Source: Desulfobacteraceae bacterium UBA2174 (GTDB taxonomy: Bacteria > Desulfobacterota > Desulfobacteria > Desulfobacterales > UBA2174). Taken from it: 64,000 bases of DNA. The notes beneath the pieces were generated by a model, which made no database searches, was not told the DNA's origin, and saw only the letters and a program-made list of their open reading frames with translations. The first letter of the stretch is position 1; every line of letters starts with the position of its first letter. Below, one piece after another: positions 29,004-38,227 of the stretch. The stretch covers positions 71,132-135,131 of the forward strand of contig DCWA01000023.1 of the NCBI GenBank assembly GCA_002327445.1, read 5' to 3'. The translations under genes and the position numbers were made by a program.

Positions 29004-29674
29004 AAGAGGTCCTTCATGATGCGAAAAATGGGAATAATTGGAAGCATGGGAGGGATAAAGGGCGTCCCCGGCCGATCCTGCCGCCGCGGGGCGATTACCG
29101 GACGCTGCTTTCCTTCCAGAAGGCCGAGGTGGCCTACGACATCACGTTCCGCTTTGCCCACAAGTACCTGTCTCGCGGCGACCGCACCATCGACCAGATG
29201 ATCCAGTCGGCACGCTCGGGCAAGAAGAACATCCTGGAAGGCAGCAAGGCCGGCCTGACATCCAAGATGACCGAAATCAAACTGACCAACGTGGCCCGCG
29301 CCAGCCTGGAGGAACTGCTCGACGACTACCGCGACTTTCTCCGCGCCCGCGATCTGCCGATGTGGGACAAGAATTCGACAGAGGCGATGTACGTGCGCCG
29401 TCTCGGGCGCCGCGAACCGCAGACCTTCGAGATATACCGCCAAATCGTGGAAACCCGCCCGGCGGCCGTGGTGGCCAACCTGGCCATTTGCCTGATTCAC
29501 CAGACCAACTACCTCATCGACCGTCAACTTCAACGCCTGGAGCAGGACTTTCTCAAGCAAGGGGGCCTACGCGAACGCATGACCCGCGCCCGTCTCGAGG
29601 CCAGGCGCTCAACCGGCGACCTTTCTCATCAATCCCATTCCTCCCATCGTTCCCATGAAGATGAAGATCAATGA
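29000..29674 (+). CDS. Four-helix-bundle protein (23S rRNA intervening-sequence protein family) with suffix domain
   Basis: ORF track, 224 aa; its ATGA start overlaps the kinase stop. LSFQKAEVAYDITFRFAHKYL...RTIDQMIQSARSGKKNILEG and LIHQTNYLIDRQL match my recollection of the family. The His/Ser-rich tail is encoded by a repeat unit. Confidence 0.7.
   Translation: MKEVLHDAKNGNNWKHGRDKGRPRPILPPRGDYRTLLSFQKAEVAYDITFRFAHKYLSRGDRTIDQMIQSARSGKKNILEGSKAGLTSKMTEIKLTNVARASLEELLDDYRDFLRARDLPMWDKNSTEAMYVRRLGRREPQTFEIYRQIVETRPAAVVANLAICLIHQTNYLIDRQLQRLEQDFLKQGGLRERMTRARLEARRSTGDLSHQSHSSHRSHEDEDQ
29634..29654. repeat. Copy of the CCCAT 9-nt-phased repeat (cccattcctcccatcgttccc)
   Basis: It matches 20 of 21 nt of 33295..33315. 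It lies in the last codons of the four-helix-bundle ORF, 73 nt upstream of the hybrid kinase start. Confidence 0.7.
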
Positions 29675-29726
29675 TCAACCGGAGGGTGTTTGGATTAGGA
29701 GTAGGAGTTGTGCGAAAAGAGGGGAA

Positions 29727-32700
29727 ATGGAAATAACGAGACGTATGAGCGCAAAGAGTACCGGCATCGCCCTGGTCTCGGTTCTGGTGGCGATCTTTCT
29801 CTGCGGCGCCGGGGCGCCGACTCCGGCCCGGGGAGCGACGGACCCGATTTTGTCGGCCGCCGAGATCGACTATCCGCCCTTTTGTATCGTTGACGCCGAC
29901 GGCCGACCGGACGGCTTTTCGGTGGAGCTGATGCGCGCCGCCCTGGCGGCCATGAGGCGCGAGGCGACCTTCCGCACCAGCACCTGGAAGGATGTCAAGG
30001 GATGGCTGGAGCGCGGCGAGGTCCAGGCACTGCCGCTGGTGGGCCGGACCCCGGAACGCGAGTATCTTTTCGACTTCACCTTCCCCTACATGTCGTTGCA
30101 CGGGGCCATCGTGGTGCGCGCCGATACCGGCGGCGTGCAGGATCTCTACGATCTGCGGGGAAAATCGGTGGCGGTGATGAAGGGCGACAACGCCGAGGAG
30201 TTTCTGCGGCGGGAGGATCGCGGCATCGACATCCAAACCACAGCCACCTTCGATGAAGCCCTGCGCCGATTGTCCGAGGGGCGATACGACGCGGTGGTGA
30301 TCCAGCGTCTGGTGGCGGTACGCCTGATCCAGGAGACCGGACTCAAAAACCTGAAGATCGTCAACCGGCCCATCGACGGGTTCCGCCAGGATTTCTGTTT
30401 CGCGGTCAAGGAAGGCGACCGGGATACCCTGGCCCTCCTCAACGAGGGGCTGGCCTTGGTCATGGCCGACGGCACCTACCGGCGCTTGCACGCCAAGTGG
30501 TTCGCTGCCCTGGAGCTGCCAACCCACCGGCGCATCGTGGTGGGCGGGGACCGCAACTATCCGCCCTTCGAGTACCTGGACGAAAACGGTCGGCCCACCG
30601 GCTACAACGTGGACCTGACCCGGGCCATCGCCCGGGAGATGGACCTGGATATCGAAATCCGCCTGATGCCCTGGCCCCGGGTGGTCGATGGCCTGCAAAG
30701 CGGCGACATCGACATCCTCCAGGGTATGTTCTACTCGCTCCAGCGGGACCTGACATTCGATTTCACACCGCCCCACATCATCAACCAGTGCGTCAGCGTC
30801 GTGCGCCGGGGCCAAGATCCGCCGCCGGCCACCGTCAATGAGCTCATGGGGCTCCGGATCGTGGTCGAGCGCGGTGACATCATGCACCAATTCGCCGTGG
30901 AAAACGGACTCCAGGCAGATGTCGTCGCCGTGGGCACCCAGGAAGACGCCCTGCGGGAGGTGGCCGAAGGCAGGCAGGACTGCGCCCTGGTCTCGCGCCT
31001 CACCGCCCTCTACTGGATCAAGGTCCATGGCTGGGACAACCTGGCGGTGGCCCGCCGCCCCCTGCTTTCCCCCAATTACTGCTTCGCGGTGCCCAACGGC
31101 CACAAGGCCATGCTGACCACCTTCAGCGAGGGGCTCAAGACCCTGGAAAACAGCGGCGAGTATCAACGCATCTATGACAAGTGGCTCGGCGTCTATGCCT
31201 CGATCTCTCCGGAAATTGGTGATATCGTGCGCGGCCTTGCCGCGGGCACCGCCGTTCTGCTGGCCATCCTCCTGGCCATGTTTGCCTGGACCCGAGTCTT
31301 GCGACGCCAGGTGGCCAATAAAACGGCGGAGTTGCGCCAGAGAGAAGCCTTCCAGCGCGCCATGATCACTTACTCGCCGCTGGCGCTGTTCAGCATCGAC
31401 CTGGACGGGATCGTATCGAGCTGGAACCCGTCGGCCGAAAGGATGTTCGGCTGGACCGCCCGAGAAGTCCTCGGCAAGCCGCTGCCGATTGTGCCGGAGA
31501 ACAGTCGGCCGGAATTCGACGTCTTGCGCCGGCAGGTGGCAGAAGGCGGTCAATTCTCGGGCAAGGAACTGGTCCACCGGCGAAGGGACGGCATCCCCAT
31601 CTCCCTGAGCCTCTCCGTCGCGCCCATTCGTGACAGGGGGGGACGCATCACGGGCATCATGGGGGCTGCCGAGGACATCACCGAACGTAAGCAAGCGGAG
31701 GACGCGCTGCGGGAAAGCGAGCAACAGCTCCACGCCATCCTGGAATCCGGCGCCAACCCCACCGTGGTCTACGATGCCGAGGGCTTTCCCCGGCACCTGA
31801 ACGCGGCCTTTACCGGCGTCTTCGGTTGGACCCGGGAGGAATTGGCCGGGCAGTGGATTCCCTTCGTGCCCGACGACCAGAAGGAGGTCACGGCCGCCAA
31901 GATCAAGGAAATCTACGCCACCGGCGATCCTGTCAAATTCGCCACCCAGCGGTTGACCAAGGACGGCCGGCGCCTCGATGTGATCGTCAGCGCGGCCATC
32001 ATCAAGATCGCTGAAAGCAAGGGCACCGGAATGGTGGTGAGCCTCACCGACGTCAGCGAGCAGAAAAACCTTGAACTCCAGCTCAGGCAGGCCCAGAAGA
32101 TGGAGTCGGTGGGGCGCCTGGCCGGCGGGGTGGCCCACGATTTCAACAACATGCTCGGGGTGATCCTCGGCTACGCGGAGCTGGCCCAGGCCAAGATAGC
32201 CCAAGACGACCCGCTGCACGCCGACCTGACCGAGATCGTCACCGCCGCCCGCCGCTCGGCCGACATCACCCGCCAACTGCTCGCCTTTGCCCGCCGCCAG
32301 ACCATCGCCCCCAAGGTGCTCGACCTCAACGACACCGTCGAGGGGATGCTGCGCATGCTGCGCCGGCTCATCGGCGAGGACATCGACCTGCAGTGGCTCC
32401 CCGATGGCGGCCTGTGGCCGGTGAAGATCGACCCCTCCCAGGTGGACCAGTTGTTGGCCAACCTGTGCGTCAACGCCCGGGATGCCATCGACGGGGTGGG
32501 CAAGATCACCATCGAGACCGAAAACGTGCACTTCGACCCGCAGTACTGCCGCGACCACCTCGGGTTCACCGCCGGCGATTACGTGCTCTTGGCCGTCAGC
32601 GACGACGGCTGCGGCATGGGCGCCGAGATTCGCGAGCATCTCTTCGAACCCTTTTTCACCACCAAGGAAGCCGGCCGGGGCACCGGTCTGGGGTTGGCCA

Positions 32701-33215
32701 CCGTCTACGGTATCGTCAAACAGAACAACGGCTTCATCAATGTCTACAGCGAGCCGGGAGCGGGCACCACCGTCAAGATCTACCTGCCCCGGGACAGCGA
32801 AGCCGCCGAGGCCCTGCCGGCCGCCTTGGGGCGGAAAGCCGACGCCGGCCGCGGCGAGACGATCCTGGTGGTGGAAGACGAGGCCTCGGTGCTCAGGCTG
32901 GTTTGCGCCATCCTCGAGGGCCTGGGCTACACCGTGCTGGCCGCCGCCGGCACCGCCGAGGCCATCACCCTGGCCGAGGCCCATGGCGCCAAGATCCACC
33001 TGCTGATCACCGACGTGGTGATGCCGGAAATGAACGGCCGGGACCTGGCGGCGCGGCTCCAAAAGCTGTACCCTGATCTGAAGGTGCTGTTCATGAGCGG
33101 CTACACCGCCAACGTCATCGCCCACCACGGCGTGCTGGAGGACGGGGTTTACTTCATCCAGAAACCCTTCTCGCGCCAGGACCTGGCCGCCCGGGTGCGG
33201 GAGGCGCTGGGGTAG
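29727..33215 (+). CDS. Hybrid sensor histidine kinase/response regulator with two periplasmic solute-binding (PBP type 3) domains and PAS domains
   Basis: Internal ATG of ORF 29655..33215, with AGAGGGGA upstream. It has a signal/TM segment, two SBP-like repeats (EIDYPPFC..., [15 protein letters not shown]...) and a TM segment. It also has PAS regions (three DIT/DVS-E-K boundaries), an H-box ([15 protein letters not shown]), a HATPase domain ([16 protein letters not shown]) and a REC domain (ILVVEDE...DVVMPEMNG...KP). Confidence 0.9.
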   Translation: MEITRRMSAKSTGIALVSVLVAIFLCGAGAPTPARGATDPILSAAEIDYPPFCIVDADGRPDGFSVELMRAALAAMRREATFRTSTWKDVKGWLERGEVQALPLVGRTPEREYLFDFTFPYMSLHGAIVVRADTGGVQDLYDLRGKSVAVMKGDNAEEFLRREDRGIDIQTTATFDEALRRLSEGRYDAVVIQRLVAVRLIQETGLKNLKIVNRPIDGFRQDFCFAVKEGDRDTLALLNEGLALVMADGTYRRLHAKWFAALELPTHRRIVVGGDRNYPPFEYLDENGRPTGYNVDLTRAIAREMDLDIEIRLMPWPRVVDGLQSGDIDILQGMFYSLQRDLTFDFTPPHIINQCVSVVRRGQDPPPATVNELMGLRIVVERGDIMHQFAVENGLQADVVAVGTQEDALREVAEGRQDCALVSRLTALYWIKVHGWDNLAVARRPLLSPNYCFAVPNGHKAMLTTFSEGLKTLENSGEYQRIYDKWLGVYASISPEIGDIVRGLAAGTAVLLAILLAMFAWTRVLRRQVANKTAELRQREAFQRAMITYSPLALFSIDLDGIVSSWNPSAERMFGWTAREVLGKPLPIVPENSRPEFDVLRRQVAEGGQFSGKELVHRRRDGIPISLSLSVAPIRDRGGRITGIMGAAEDITERKQAEDALRESEQQLHAILESGANPTVVYDAEGFPRHLNAAFTGVFGWTREELAGQWIPFVPDDQKEVTAAKIKEIYATGDPVKFATQRLTKDGRRLDVIVSAAIIKIAESKGTGMVVSLTDVSEQKNLELQLRQAQKMESVGRLAGGVAHDFNNMLGVILGYAELAQAKIAQDDPLHADLTEIVTAARRSADITRQLLAFARRQTIAPKVLDLNDTVEGMLRMLRRLIGEDIDLQWLPDGGLWPVKIDPSQVDQLLANLCVNARDAIDGVGKITIETENVHFDPQYCRDHLGFTAGDYVLLAVSDDGCGMGAEIREHLFEPFFTTKEAGRGTGLGLATVYGIVKQNNGFINVYSEPGAGTTVKIYLPRDSEAAEALPAALGRKADAGRGETILVVEDEASVLRLVCAILEGLGYTVLAAAGTAEAITLAEAHGAKIHLLITDVVMPEMNGRDLAARLQKLYPDLKVLFMSGYTANVIAHHGVLEDGVYFIQKPFSRQDLAARVREALG

Positions 33216-33226
33216 GCGGGAAATGA

Positions 33227-33315
33227 GAGGAATGGGAAGAATGGGAGCGATGGGAGTAATGGCGCTGGCACAAGATGGCGTTGCGCCCATTCTTCCCATT
33301 CCTCCCATCGCTCCC
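33227..33315. repeat. Palindromic element made of 9-nt-phased NNNNATGGG / CCCATNNNN units
   Basis: A perfect 19-bp inverted repeat, 33227..33245 (gaggaatgggaagaatggg) / 33286..33304. A second pair, gggagcgatgg (33243..33253) / ccatcgctccc (33305..33315), is in permuted, non-nested order. The element starts 12 nt after the kinase stop. Confidence 0.8.
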
Positions 33316-33390
33316 TTGACCCCAACCCCCGAATCATGGAGGATTGACGATCTTCTGTTTTTCTTTTACCGACTTACCGAAGGTGCACCA

Positions 33391-33714
33391 ATGACGCTTG
33401 TGCAACCATACGCTCCGGAATCCATCTGGATCAAGTTCAAGATCGCCCCGTTGGACCTCGTTCATTCTCCCCTGGCCATCCTGGTAATCGATGACATCAC
33501 CGATCTGCGCCAGGCGTTGGCGGAACGCGACAGCTTGCAGGCCCACAGCTCACCCAGGCCCAGCGCCTGGAGTCGGTGGGCACCTGGCCGGCGTGGTGGC
33601 CCAAGATTTCAACAACCTGCTCTCGGTGATCCTCGGCTACAGCCAAATGATGCTCGCCGACAGCGCCGGCGACGATCCGCGCCGCCAGGCGCTGCAAGAA
33701 ATCTACCATTCAGA
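33391..33714 (+). pseudogene. Histidine-kinase fragment (PAS end plus DHp) with two frameshifts, His-to-Gln at the phospho-acceptor, and no catalytic domain
   Basis: Three frames are needed to read ...LAILVIDDITDLRQALAERDSLQA / QLTQAQRLESVGT / LAGVVAQDFNNLLSVILGYSQMMLADSAGDDPRRQALQEIY. The canonical H-box AHDFNN reads AQDFNN (CAA at 33602..33604). No N/G boxes follow. Confidence 0.6.
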
Positions 33715-33784
33715 AACCCTTCTCGGTTCAGGGGTTGCTGAGCAAGGTGGCTTCCGTACTGCGATAGAAGTCCCCGGAGGACCG

Positions 33785-34141
33785 ATGCCCATGACCGGCA
33801 AGATCGTGCCACGCGACTATCCGCATCCCCGGATCAGCGAGCAGGTGGATGCCGTCAGCGGGCACTACATGCTCACCGACGAAAAACGTCTCGCCGTGGC
33901 GGACGGCCAGGTGCTTTATTTTACCGGTTATGCCGTGGTGGACACCGCCTGCTGCGGCCCGGGCGGGTGCGGCTATGCCGTGGTGGCGGGAAAAATCATC
34001 GGCCACGCCTACCGCCGCAGCGCCGATGGCCGGGCGGTCTCCCGGGTGGTGCCCATCGACGACCCGGGGCTTCAGGCCGAGATCGGTCGGCGCATCATGG
34101 CTACCGATCACGTCTCCCAGGTGCTCTTCGACCCCTCATAA
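33785..34141 (+). CDS. Hypothetical protein with CCGPGGCG motif
   Basis: ATG preceded by GGAGGA, in frame inside ORF 33491..34141, giving 118 aa. The product reads MPMTGKIVPRDYPHPRISEQV...VVDTACCGPGGCGYAVVAG. No family recognised. Confidence 0.5.
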   Translation: MPMTGKIVPRDYPHPRISEQVDAVSGHYMLTDEKRLAVADGQVLYFTGYAVVDTACCGPGGCGYAVVAGKIIGHAYRRSADGRAVSRVVPIDDPGLQAEIGRRIMATDHVSQVLFDPS

Positions 34142-34774
34142 CAGCCTCACCCGGGGCCGCTGACCGTCAGCCAGTTCCACCAACGCCCCGCGGCCACGCC
34201 CCAGGGTGCAGTTGACCACCACGGAATCTCCGAGGGTGACGACGCCCGGATCCTCATGGATATGGCCGCAGAGCACCAGTTGCGGCCGGCATGCGGCGAT
34301 GACCCGCCGGACCGCGCGGCACCCGGCGTGAAAACGGCCCCCCGCGCGGTCCAGCACGCCCCGCGGGGGCGGATGGACCACCAGCACGCTCTGGGGGGTG
34401 AGCAGACGGCAGAGGGTTTCCTCGATGATCCGTTCGCTCCAGCCGAGCCGGGAGGCGAACGGAAGCGGCAGGGTGCCGCCGGCGCCGACAAACGACACTC
34501 CCTCCCAGGCCACCGATTTCAAGTGCAGCGAGTGGATGCCGGGATAAGACGCGAAAAGGTCCTCGAGACGCCGGGGATCGCTGTTGCCCCGGATCGCCAA
34601 CACGGGAATGCACAACTGTTGCAACTCTTCCAGCAGGGCCGCGGGGCGGCGGAACCATCGGCACAGGTCGCCGGCGACGACCAGCGCGTCGACGGCGTGC
34701 TCCGCCAGGGTGCCGCGGATCAGCCCCAAACGCTCCGGGCGTCCGTGAATGTCGGCTACGGCAAGGATCTGCAT
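34136..34774 (-). CDS. Metallophosphoesterase (calcineurin-like)
   Basis: Internal ATG of ORF 34136..34828. Motifs: MQILAVADIHG, LVVAGDL, IRGNSD, LVVHPPP, LCGHIHE. Confidence 0.8.
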   Translation of the reverse strand: MQILAVADIHGRPERLGLIRGTLAEHAVDALVVAGDLCRWFRRPAALLEELQQLCIPVLAIRGNSDPRRLEDLFASYPGIHSLHLKSVAWEGVSFVGAGGTLPLPFASRLGWSERIIEETLCRLLTPQSVLVVHPPPRGVLDRAGGRFHAGCRAVRRVIAACRPQLVLCGHIHEDPGVVTLGDSVVVNCTLGRGRGALVELADGQRPRVRLL

Positions 34775-34959
34775 CGTTTTTTTCCACCTTGATTTGGACG
34801 GGGCAATGTTGTTAGAAATGCCGATCATCCCCCTGAATCATCTGCATGTCGGGCCAGCCGCCACGCGTTGGCAAAAGTCGACTGACGGGCGTCTTGCAGC
34901 GGTTTCCCGGGCCTTTGACGAAGCGCCGACGCGGCGCCTTTTCTTTGGTGGAGGCTTTG

Positions 34960-35739
34960 ATGATCGATAAGAAAATCGATGGAATCGCCTTTTGCGCCGG
35001 CCAATGGCCACCGGTTGCGGATCGGCCCACCCTCGTCTTCATTCACGGCAGCGGCGGCTCCAGGGTCCTGTGGCACCCTCAGGTGGAGGGCCTGGCCGAC
35101 CGGGTCAACACCGTGGCGGTGGATTTGCCGGGCCACGGCGCCAGCGACGGCAACGGCCGGGACCGCGTGGAAGACTACGCCCAAGACCTGGCGGACTTCG
35201 TCCAGACCGCGGCGCTGCCCCGGCCGGTACCCTGCGGTCTTTCCATCGGCGGGGCCATCGTCTTGCAGTTGATTCTGGACCGGGCCGAATTGTTTCCGGC
35301 CGCCATCCTCTGCTGCACCGGGGCCCGGCTGCGGGTGTTGCCGGCCATTCTGGAAACCATCGTTAACGACTACGAGAAGTTTGTCGGCATGCTCGGTGAT
35401 TACGGCAGCGCCCCGGGCACCGCCCCGGGCCGCCTCGCCCCGATCCTCGACGCCACCCGAGCCTGCGCGCCGGCGGTGACCCTGGGAGACTTCAGGGCCT
35501 GCGACCGGTTCGACGTGATGGCGCGCCTGAGCGAAATCTTCAGGCCGGTGCTGGTGGTGTCGGGGGCCGAGGACAGGCTCACCCCGCCCAAGTATGCCGA
35601 TTTCCTTGAAAAAAATATTTTCAATACCCAGCGGGCGCACATCGCCGGCGCCGGCCACTTGCTGCCATTGGAGCAACCGGCGGCGCTCAACGCGGCTATC
35701 GCCGACTTTCTCCACGGCTTGGGGTGGATCAAGGGATGA
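34960..35739 (+). CDS. Alpha/beta hydrolase
   Basis: Internal ATG of ORF 34846..35739, with GGAGG upstream. Motifs: TLVFIHGSGGS, DLPGHGAS, nucleophile elbow GLSIGG, C-terminal AGHLLPLEQP. Confidence 0.8.
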   Translation: MIDKKIDGIAFCAGQWPPVADRPTLVFIHGSGGSRVLWHPQVEGLADRVNTVAVDLPGHGASDGNGRDRVEDYAQDLADFVQTAALPRPVPCGLSIGGAIVLQLILDRAELFPAAILCCTGARLRVLPAILETIVNDYEKFVGMLGDYGSAPGTAPGRLAPILDATRACAPAVTLGDFRACDRFDVMARLSEIFRPVLVVSGAEDRLTPPKYADFLEKNIFNTQRAHIAGAGHLLPLEQPAALNAAIADFLHGLGWIKG

Positions 35740-35963
35740 TGGGTCCATCAGAAGTTCCGAAGGCTCATCCCGATCGAAGCGGGGGATCTTTACGTAATAC
35801 GATATATCCAATGATTCTGAATTATTGAAACACATCGTCCCCAGTGTCCCCGACTGCGGGAGGCGCAACGGCACGTCACCACGGCAAATGCTTCTTTCGG
35901 CCTTTTTGACGGATTGATCAAGGCATAAACGACTCGAACATTCGGCCCATAAGGACATCCCCA

Positions 35964-36725
35964 ATGACCGGTCCATCCTATGGTTTGAAGGACAAGGTGT
36001 TTGTCGTCACCGGCGGCAGCCGTGGCATCGGGCTGGAAATCGCCCGCCGCCTGCTCTCTGAGGGGGCACGGGTGGCCATCTGCGGCCGCAAGGCGGAAAA
36101 CCTCGAAACGGCCGCCGCCGCCCTCGGTCCCTCCGACCGGCTTCTGACCGTGCCGGCCCACATCGGCCGGCAGCCGGACGTGGACCGCCTGTTTGCCGCC
36201 GTCATCGCACGCTACGGGCGCCTGGATGGCCTGGTGAACAACGTGGGGATGAACATCGCCAGCGGCACCCTGGACGCCGATGCCGACCTGTGGCGCAAGA
36301 TCATCGATTCCAATCTCACCGGCACCTACCTGTGCGCCCGGACCGCCGGCCGCATCATGCGGGACCAGCGGGCGGGCAAAATCGTCTCCATCTCCTCCAT
36401 CGCCGCCCGCCGGGCCGCACCGTTGATGGGTATCTACGGCGTGGCCAAGGCCGGCATCGAGATGATGACCCGGGTACTGGCCCAGGAGCTGGCGCCGTTC
36501 AATGTCCAGGTCAACGCCGTGTCCCCGGGGATGGTGCGCACCGGGTTCAGCCAACCCTTCTGGGAAAACGCCGAGATTTACCAGCGGATCGTGGCCGGCA
36601 TTCCCCTGGGCCGCATCGCCGAGCCCTCGGACGTGGCCCACGCGGTGCTGTTTCTCTGCTCGGCGGGCGCCGATTTCATCACTGGGCAGACCCTGTGCGT
36701 GGATGGCGGGGCCAGCGCCGTCTGA
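35964..36725 (+). CDS. SDR-family oxidoreductase
   Basis: ORF track, 253 aa. Motifs: VVTGGSRGIGLEIA, NNVG, catalytic SISS...YGVAKAG, PGMVRT. Confidence 0.9.
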   Translation: MTGPSYGLKDKVFVVTGGSRGIGLEIARRLLSEGARVAICGRKAENLETAAAALGPSDRLLTVPAHIGRQPDVDRLFAAVIARYGRLDGLVNNVGMNIASGTLDADADLWRKIIDSNLTGTYLCARTAGRIMRDQRAGKIVSISSIAARRAAPLMGIYGVAKAGIEMMTRVLAQELAPFNVQVNAVSPGMVRTGFSQPFWENAEIYQRIVAGIPLGRIAEPSDVAHAVLFLCSAGADFITGQTLCVDGGASAV

Positions 36726-36776
36726 AAACGGTGGCGCGTTGGCGGGCGACGTTGAAACGCCCGGTTCGGAGGCGGC

Positions 36777-37943
36777 ATGCCATTCGAGAATCTCACGGAA
36801 TTTCTGAAGCTTTCCTCGGCGCTGAACTACAACCTGTCCGCCGCCTCGGTCAACCGCTACAATGTGCTGATGTTCATCATCGCCGGAAAGCGCCTTTCCG
36901 ACAACGATATCCGCGACCGGGAGCACAAGGCGGTGGTCATGGAGGCCCTCTCCTACCTCTTCGAGGCCTATCGGGACCGGCGCCGGCGGTTGGGCCCCAT
37001 GGCCGTCCTCCACCCCCTGCGTACGGCTGCCATCCTGGCACGCTCGCTGGAACGGATCGACGTGATCGATCTGCTGGCGGTCCTGTTTCACGACGTGCTC
37101 GAGGACATCGAGGCGGTCCAATACACCCCCAACGCCTGGAAAACCCTCGAGGGACGGATGTACGAGCTGTTCGAGCGCCTGGACCCGGAGGATGAGTGGC
37201 GGCTCAACGAGCGCCTTCAGGCCCTGACCCGCTTCGCCTCGGAATCCTACTATCAGTATATCGGCCGCCTGCTGGAGCGTTCCAAGGCGATCCCGCGCCT
37301 GGTGGAAATCAAGATGGCCGACCGGCTCGACAACACGCTGGATCTGCGCATCGAACTGAGCGACCCTTTTGAAAATTTCAATTTCTTCGAGGGGCTGTTC
37401 AACATCCTGTTCATCGCCGGCACCGCCGGTGACGAAATGCTCTCCTCCCCCCGATCCACCGCCCTGATCAACGATTCGCGCCGCCTCTATCAACTGTTCA
37501 AGAACGCCGTCCTGCTGTCGATGATGCGCCGGCAGAAGCGGGACGAGGATACGTCCAGCGCGCAGGTCATCTTCAAGGCCATCTGTGAGGCCAGCCTCAA
37601 GGAGGCCCAGCGCACCCTGATTCACGTCGCCGGCAGCCTCAAGGACGGCAACCGCCGGACCCGGTTGCGCGACCTGACGCTGGACGCCATGCAGTACTGC
37701 TACGAGGGACGGATCAGCATGGCCACCCGGCCCGATCAGCGGCACATGCTCGACGGCCTCTTCACCACCTATTTCGCCGCCGACGAACGGACGGTGCGCG
37801 CCCAGCGGCTCGATGAGCTATTCGGCAACAAGCCCTTGATGATCCAGGCATCCATCGCCTTCATCGTCATCTTCACCTCGTTTCGCACCAACCCGGACTT
37901 TTACGTCCGCGGCATCTCCACCGCCGGCGTCCAGCCCGAGTAA
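36777..37943 (+). CDS. HD-domain protein resembling the RelA/SpoT (p)ppGpp-hydrolase domain, with long unassigned C-terminal region
   Basis: ORF track, 388 aa. HPLRTAAILA...LLAVLFHDVLEDI...EIKMADRLDNTLDL follows the H..HD..D pattern of SpoT-type HD domains. Confidence 0.7.
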   Translation: MPFENLTEFLKLSSALNYNLSAASVNRYNVLMFIIAGKRLSDNDIRDREHKAVVMEALSYLFEAYRDRRRRLGPMAVLHPLRTAAILARSLERIDVIDLLAVLFHDVLEDIEAVQYTPNAWKTLEGRMYELFERLDPEDEWRLNERLQALTRFASESYYQYIGRLLERSKAIPRLVEIKMADRLDNTLDLRIELSDPFENFNFFEGLFNILFIAGTAGDEMLSSPRSTALINDSRRLYQLFKNAVLLSMMRRQKRDEDTSSAQVIFKAICEASLKEAQRTLIHVAGSLKDGNRRTRLRDLTLDAMQYCYEGRISMATRPDQRHMLDGLFTTYFAADERTVRAQRLDELFGNKPLMIQASIAFIVIFTSFRTNPDFYVRGISTAGVQPE

Positions 37944-38036
37944 CTCTTTTCAGACGGCCCGCCCGATGTTGACGATTCGCCAAACCAGACAAACGCTGCC
38001 GCCGGATTGATCGATTCCCCGAAGCCGGCCCCTACG

Positions 38037-38210
38037 CTGTCATCCCGAGGAGCATTTTCCCCCCTGTCATCCCGAGCAGCGTTTTTCCCCTGTCATCCCG
38101 AGGCGCGTTTCCCACCCTGTCATCCCGAGGAGAAATTCCCCCCTGTCATCCCGAGGAGCGTTTTCCCCCCTGTCATCCCGAGGAGCCACGCGACGAGGGA
38201 TCTCTTCGAG
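38037..38210. repeat. Tandem array, six copies of a 26/27-nt unit with 14-nt core ctgtcatcccgagg
   Basis: Unit starts are at 38037, 38064, 38090, 38117, 38143 and 38170, giving periods of 27, 26, 27, 26 and 27. The last unit runs into ccacgcgacgagggatctc. The mixed period breaks any reading frame. Confidence 0.85.
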
Positions 38211-38227
38211 GCGCCACGTTCCTTGAG

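Noticed and set aside
33262-33285. A sigma54-like TGGCAC (ctggcacaagatggcgttgcg) inside the palindrome loop.
   Set aside because: TTGC lies 4 nt too far from TGGCAC for the -24/-12 spacing. The in-register bases read GGCG, not TGC. The downstream sequence is a pseudogene.
29553-33308. A 1251-aa minus-strand ORF.
   Set aside because: It is antisense to the hybrid histidine kinase, whose SBP, PAS, HisKA, HATPase and REC motifs are all on the + strand. The product has no motifs and shows the biased composition of a shadow ORF.
33491-34141. A 216-aa ORF treated as a single gene, possibly a DHp-domain fusion protein.
   Set aside because: Its first ~30 residues are out-of-frame junk from the kinase fragment. 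The DHp similarity needs two further frames upstream. A proper GGAGGA-ATG start exists at 33785. I interpret it as a pseudogene remnant plus a separate 118-aa gene.
38037-38210. The possibility that the 6-copy repeat array is a CRISPR array.
   Set aside because: The period is only 26 to 27 nt. The stretches between cores are about 12 to 13 nt and similar to each other, so they are not unique spacers. No cas genes are present in the window.
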